A DNA stretch of 58,883 bases, counting the filler, from Squatina squatina (taxonomy: Eukaryota): assembly GCA_031763465.1 (NCBI GenBank). It is 3 parts of 3 records of this genome, joined end to end, with 100 filler letters (N's around TTAATTAATTAA, not from the genome) between each part and the next. Parts side by side here need not be neighbours in the genome. Positions count along the whole stretch, not along the records: positions 46,270 to 58,883 come from JARFOE010000192.1; 2 more parts are not named here. The stretch is one strand, 5' to 3'. The notes under the pieces were generated by a model. The model saw only the letters and a program-made list of their open reading frames with translations. It was not told where the DNA came from and made no database searches. Each line of letters starts with the position of its first letter. The first letter of the stretch is position 1. The translations under genes and the position numbers were made by a program. Of this stretch, positions 54,591 to 58,883 are shown one piece after another.

Positions 54591-55434
54591 TAAATAATGG
54601 AGTGCAACATAATCTTACTCAGCTGTCACTTACCTCACCCTGAACCCTCCAATCCCATCATCCCCACTTCCATTCACTCCCCCCAAGGGCAGGTGGCAAG
54701 AGGTCCAAGGCACCCTCTCCTTCGACCCGTTTTTCTCCTTCCATTTCTACTCTTCCTTCCAGTTTCTTTCAGTGAGGTTTTTTTTGCTTCCATAACTATT
54801 AGCTCTGTCTGAGATACAACCAGATGTATGGAACCACAAGAGCTATTATAGGGCACAGCATTGGATTGCTCAAACATTACTTCCACTGCCTGGAGAGGTC
54901 AAGAGGTTTTCTGTAGTATAGGGAGTTTTCCAGATTTTGCTCATCTGCTGCATTTTGTACAATTTTGCTGTGCAACAGGGAAAACACATGGGAGGGGAAT
55001 TTGAACAGGCAAGAACAGGTGGATTGGGAAGTTAAATTCGTGATGACAACCCGGCTCCAACGCACCGATTTCCAGATTGTGGTCATGAATTTAACTACCC
55101 ACCTGCTCGCCAGAATAAGCTCGATCACTATTGCAGGCGAATGGGCAATGAAGACATAATTTAAGGTGGTAATTGGATGCAAATGAGGGCCTTTTCACAG
55201 GAATTTAACTTTCTTTTGGATTGAACGCCTTCAGCAAGGGCTTTACAAGGCTCGGGAAACTGACCAGTATGAAGGAGATGATTTGCATTTTATGGGGAAT
55301 CTATCAACTTCAGGTAGCCCAAATTTAATAAATGCTCAGTTTTTATAGTTGCTTTGTCAGTTCTCTCTGGCAAACGTTTAGCAGAAAGTTGGTGTTTTGG
55401 AGACCTTTGAGGCTTTCAAACAGACATCTGCAGG

Positions 55435-55687
55435 TTGGGAGGTGCCTTGGATATTTTTGACAATACCTCAGAAGAGGAAGACCATCACTATCCATGGCAG
55501 CAACAACAAGCTGTGTTGGGATCAGCAGATGCACAGAGGGAGGTGGACAGTAGAGAGGCCAAGGTCGCAGGACGCACTAACCACATAGCATGGCGTAAAG
55601 ACAGAGGCTTAGCTTCCTTGATCTCTCAGAAGAGCAGTGCTTCTACAGGCTGAGGTTATCATGTCAAGTGGTTGCAAACAACTGGGG
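55435..55687 (+). mobile_element. Harbinger transposase N-terminal relic
   Basis: MGGALDIFDNTSEEED... and, after a frameshift, RQRLSFLDLSEEQCFYRLRLSCQVVA (HARBI1-like N-terminus). Confidence 0.6.
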
Positions 55688-57089
55688 NNNNNNNNNNNNN
55701 NNNNNNNNNNNNNNNNNNNNNNNNNNNNNNNNNNNNNNNNNNNNNNNNNNNNNNNNNNNNNNNNNNNNNNNNNNNNNNNNNNNNNNNAATTATCTGGTGA
55801 TTACATCAATATACAGTAATAACAATTCATTTGGGGTGATGCTATGCACCTGACAAGCTCCTTGAAAGAAACACGGGAGGTCTAAGCTTGAGACTAGAGT
55901 CATTAAGAGAAAGCTTGATTACCATGCCAGGCCATGTGGCTGTGAACAATGTTATTTGGGAAAACTTTTTATACTCATTGTACTTTAAAAAAAAAATAGT
56001 GTGGAAAAAGACTGGGCAGGGAAAAGGTCAGTCATCAGCACTAAGCAAATATTCCTTTCTCTGTTTATCTTTGGACAGTTGGAAAATATTTTTCAAATGT
56101 TAAAGTTTAGACTTCACTATAGGGCACTTGAAGGAGGAGTTGAAACACTAGAGGCTTCAGGAAATTACTGGCTGATTGACAGGTATTATGTTATAGACAA
56201 ACAGCCCTTTGTTTTTTCCAGACCTGGATGTCACCATTGCAGAATATTACCCTCTGGAAATTAGTTTCAGGCAGTAGTATAAATTGCCCTATTTCATGTA
56301 ACTACATTTTAGCCAGTGACCTTTCAAATCTCAACCCAAGGGTGTAATAATGTTGTCTGTGTACTACTGTTAGATCTAATGACGGGTAATTGATTACTTG
56401 AGCCCACAGGGAGCATCAGCTGTGGTAACAGCTCTCCTTGGCAGTACACAGCTAAATAGTTCATGAGGTAGTTAGGATTTTAGTGCATATTTAATGATTC
56501 TTTGTAATAAAACCTGATGTTAGCATACTGCGTTCAAAATAAGCCTAGTAGATTGCACCACTGCTAAGAACAGTTGCAGAGATCACAACATATTGTTACC
56601 TTCCAAAGTTTCTAGATTACTTAAACTTACAACAGTAATTCTGCAAAATTATAGGTAAGCAAAAATTTGAAATGTGGCTCATAAACACTGGTTATGACAG
56701 TTATTTGGGTGTGGGAAAGGGGTGGAACTGGTTATTGTAGTGCAGTGCATTAGGACAATATCACCTCAGGGACTCGGGTTTGAGTCCAGCCCAGACACAT
56801 GCATGATGAGTTCATGAGTCTTGATACAGTTATTCGTGGACATGAGTCCACAGCAATATTCCAGTCACGATTATAATAGATTCTTGAATGTGACCCCATT
56901 TGGGTTCAGCCTAGTAATTATCTGTATGTGTTTTTAGAACCCTACTATTGCCTGGCTGTAGATTTACCAAGGTAAGAAAGAAAGAACTTNNNNNNNNNNN
57001 NNNNNNNNNNNNNNNNNNNNNNNNNNNNNNNNNNNNNNNNNNNNNNNNNNNNNNNNNNNNNNNNNNNNNNNNNNNNNNNNNNNNNNNNN

Positions 57090-57840
57090 TGCTATATTTA
57101 ATCACATTAAAATCCATTTGCCATCTCTCAGTGTATCTACATAATTGGTCCAAAATCTCTCTGAAGATAGTCAATCTCCTTTCTAATCATTATCTGCCTG
57201 GAGAGTTGTGTGTCATCAGCAAATTTAATGACACTACCATAGAGATTCTGTTCCATACTATGCACAAATATTTAACTAGCAAAGGGCTCAGAACACATCC
57301 CCTTGAAATCCCACTGGTTACTTTTTCCCTAGATAAAGCATTTTCCATTCACCTTCTATCTTCTCTATACAAACCAGTTCTCAATCCAGCGAGACAATTT
57401 TTCAACTGTTCCATAAGCTTCCTTACCAGCTTTACTTGAGGAACTTTAGTCAAATGTCATTTGGAAATCCAAGGAAGCCATGTCTACTCGAATACCTTCA
57501 TTCATTAGCTTACTTTCTTAAATAATTCTAGTAATTTTGTATGCCATGGCCTCCTGCTATGGTACTGCTCCCTATGTATTCTCTGAATGCTTATTTATAG
57601 CATTCTGCAGAATGCCCCTGAGCAATTTCCCATGATGGATCTTGGGCTAATGGTTCTGTAATTTATAGGTTTATATCTCCTTCCTTTTTGAATATTGGAA
57701 CTACATTTGCTATCTTTATTTTTTGGGTACTGCTCCAGTATTAGTGGAACTCTAATAAAAATTTCAACCAAAGCATCACTCATTTCTCCTTCAATTCCTT
57801 GAGAGTTGTAGGATGTATCCCATCTGTTCCAGATAACAGC
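57090..57840 (-). mobile_element. Old, highly diverged CR1 LINE RT fragment
   Basis: KFADDT (tgtgtcatcagcaaattt on +), WQMDFNV, INYRTIS; many stops. Confidence 0.75.
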
Positions 57841-58883
57841 TATAAACTATTCAAGCTTTGGTCCTAAATTTTATGACATTATCTATGCCTCTCAATTAGT
57901 TGACTGTCTACTATTCACTCCCTTGTTTTCATTATTCATCAGGCACGATCTGGACTGAAGTTTTTTCTTCATATGTCACCTAATGTAATTTTCCTTTCTG
58001 AGCAAATGATGGGCATGTGTTATGTGAGAAATCTTAGCATTTTTCAATCTCTCTNNNNNNNNNNNNNNNNNNNNNNNNNNNNNNNNNNNNNNNNNNNNNN
58101 NNNNNNNNNNNNNNNNNNNNNNNNNNNNNNNNNNNNNNNNNNNNNNNNNNNNNNNNNNNNNNNNNNNNNNNNNNNNNNNNNNNNNNNNNNNNNNNNNNNN
58201 NNNNNNNNNNNNNNNNNNNNNNNNNNNNNNNNNNNNNNNNNNNNNNNNNNNNNNNNNNNNNNNNNNNNNNNNNNNNNNNNNNNNNNNNNNNNNNNNNNNN
58301 NNNNNNNNNNNNNGACAAATCATATCAAAACTGGCCAAATTTAGCTTTTTGCTCCAATGCTTATATTGTTGATCAGGGTCATTCCTCCATACACTTCCTG
58401 GTTCCTTGTTTGGGTAAGAATGTAAATATTCTGTTATTTAAAAGATGAATAAGATCTATGTGTGTACAATTACTTGTATGCACTAGCATGCACTTAGTAC
58501 ATTCTTACAGATGTACATAAGATGTAGTTTATTTCATTTCATTTTTTCTGAATCAGAATGGTAGAGCTCGATCATTAATCTGGCAAAAAATGAAGCTTCT
58601 GTAAGCAAGTTTTTCCACAACATCTGTCTGAATAGAAGCATTGTCAGAGGGTGAGGTCACTGGAGAAGGAAGGTGAGGTAACTGCGCACAGCTGAATCTA
58701 CAGAGTGGAGACCGGGACTTATTAATACAACTAACTAGTGTTTCTTTAACGGTGCAATTCAGTCTCACCACTGACATCCAGTGAAAATGTAATTCAGGTA
58801 GAACAGCCTCAACATTAAGCTATGTATTAACTTTGCAAAACTAACATTAGTTCAGTGTGATGTATAGTTGGAGCTCTTTTGTG

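Overview
Eukaryotic DNA from a fragmented vertebrate draft assembly. The repeat content (CR1/L2 LINEs, Deu-domain tRNA-SINEs, Penelope-type terminal repeats, Harbinger relics) points to a cartilaginous fish. Two identical synthetic 100-bp spacers (44 N + TTAATTAATTAA + 44 N, at 15842-15941 and 46170-46269) split the window into three pieces that are probably unrelated. Piece 1 (1-15841) carries nine exons or partial exons of a minus-strand voltage-gated sodium channel alpha subunit, best matching SCN4A/Nav1.4, from the DI S4-S5 linker to DIII S6; several expected exons fall in gaps. It retains the rare AT-AC intron donor (ATAAGT) after NQQKKK, a DI-DII linker exon not present in mammalian Nav1.4, and several substitutions at normally invariant residues. 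Piece 2 (15942-46169) is mostly repeats, with a CpG-rich promoter-like region (about 32.2-38.6 kb) and one Deltex (DTX3/DTX3L-family) C-terminal-domain exon. Piece 3 (46270-58883) is intronic DNA with one CREB5 exon. I found no prokaryotic-style novel system, CRISPR array, or rRNA/tRNA gene. Protein and repeat family assignments come from recalled sequences, not database searches.
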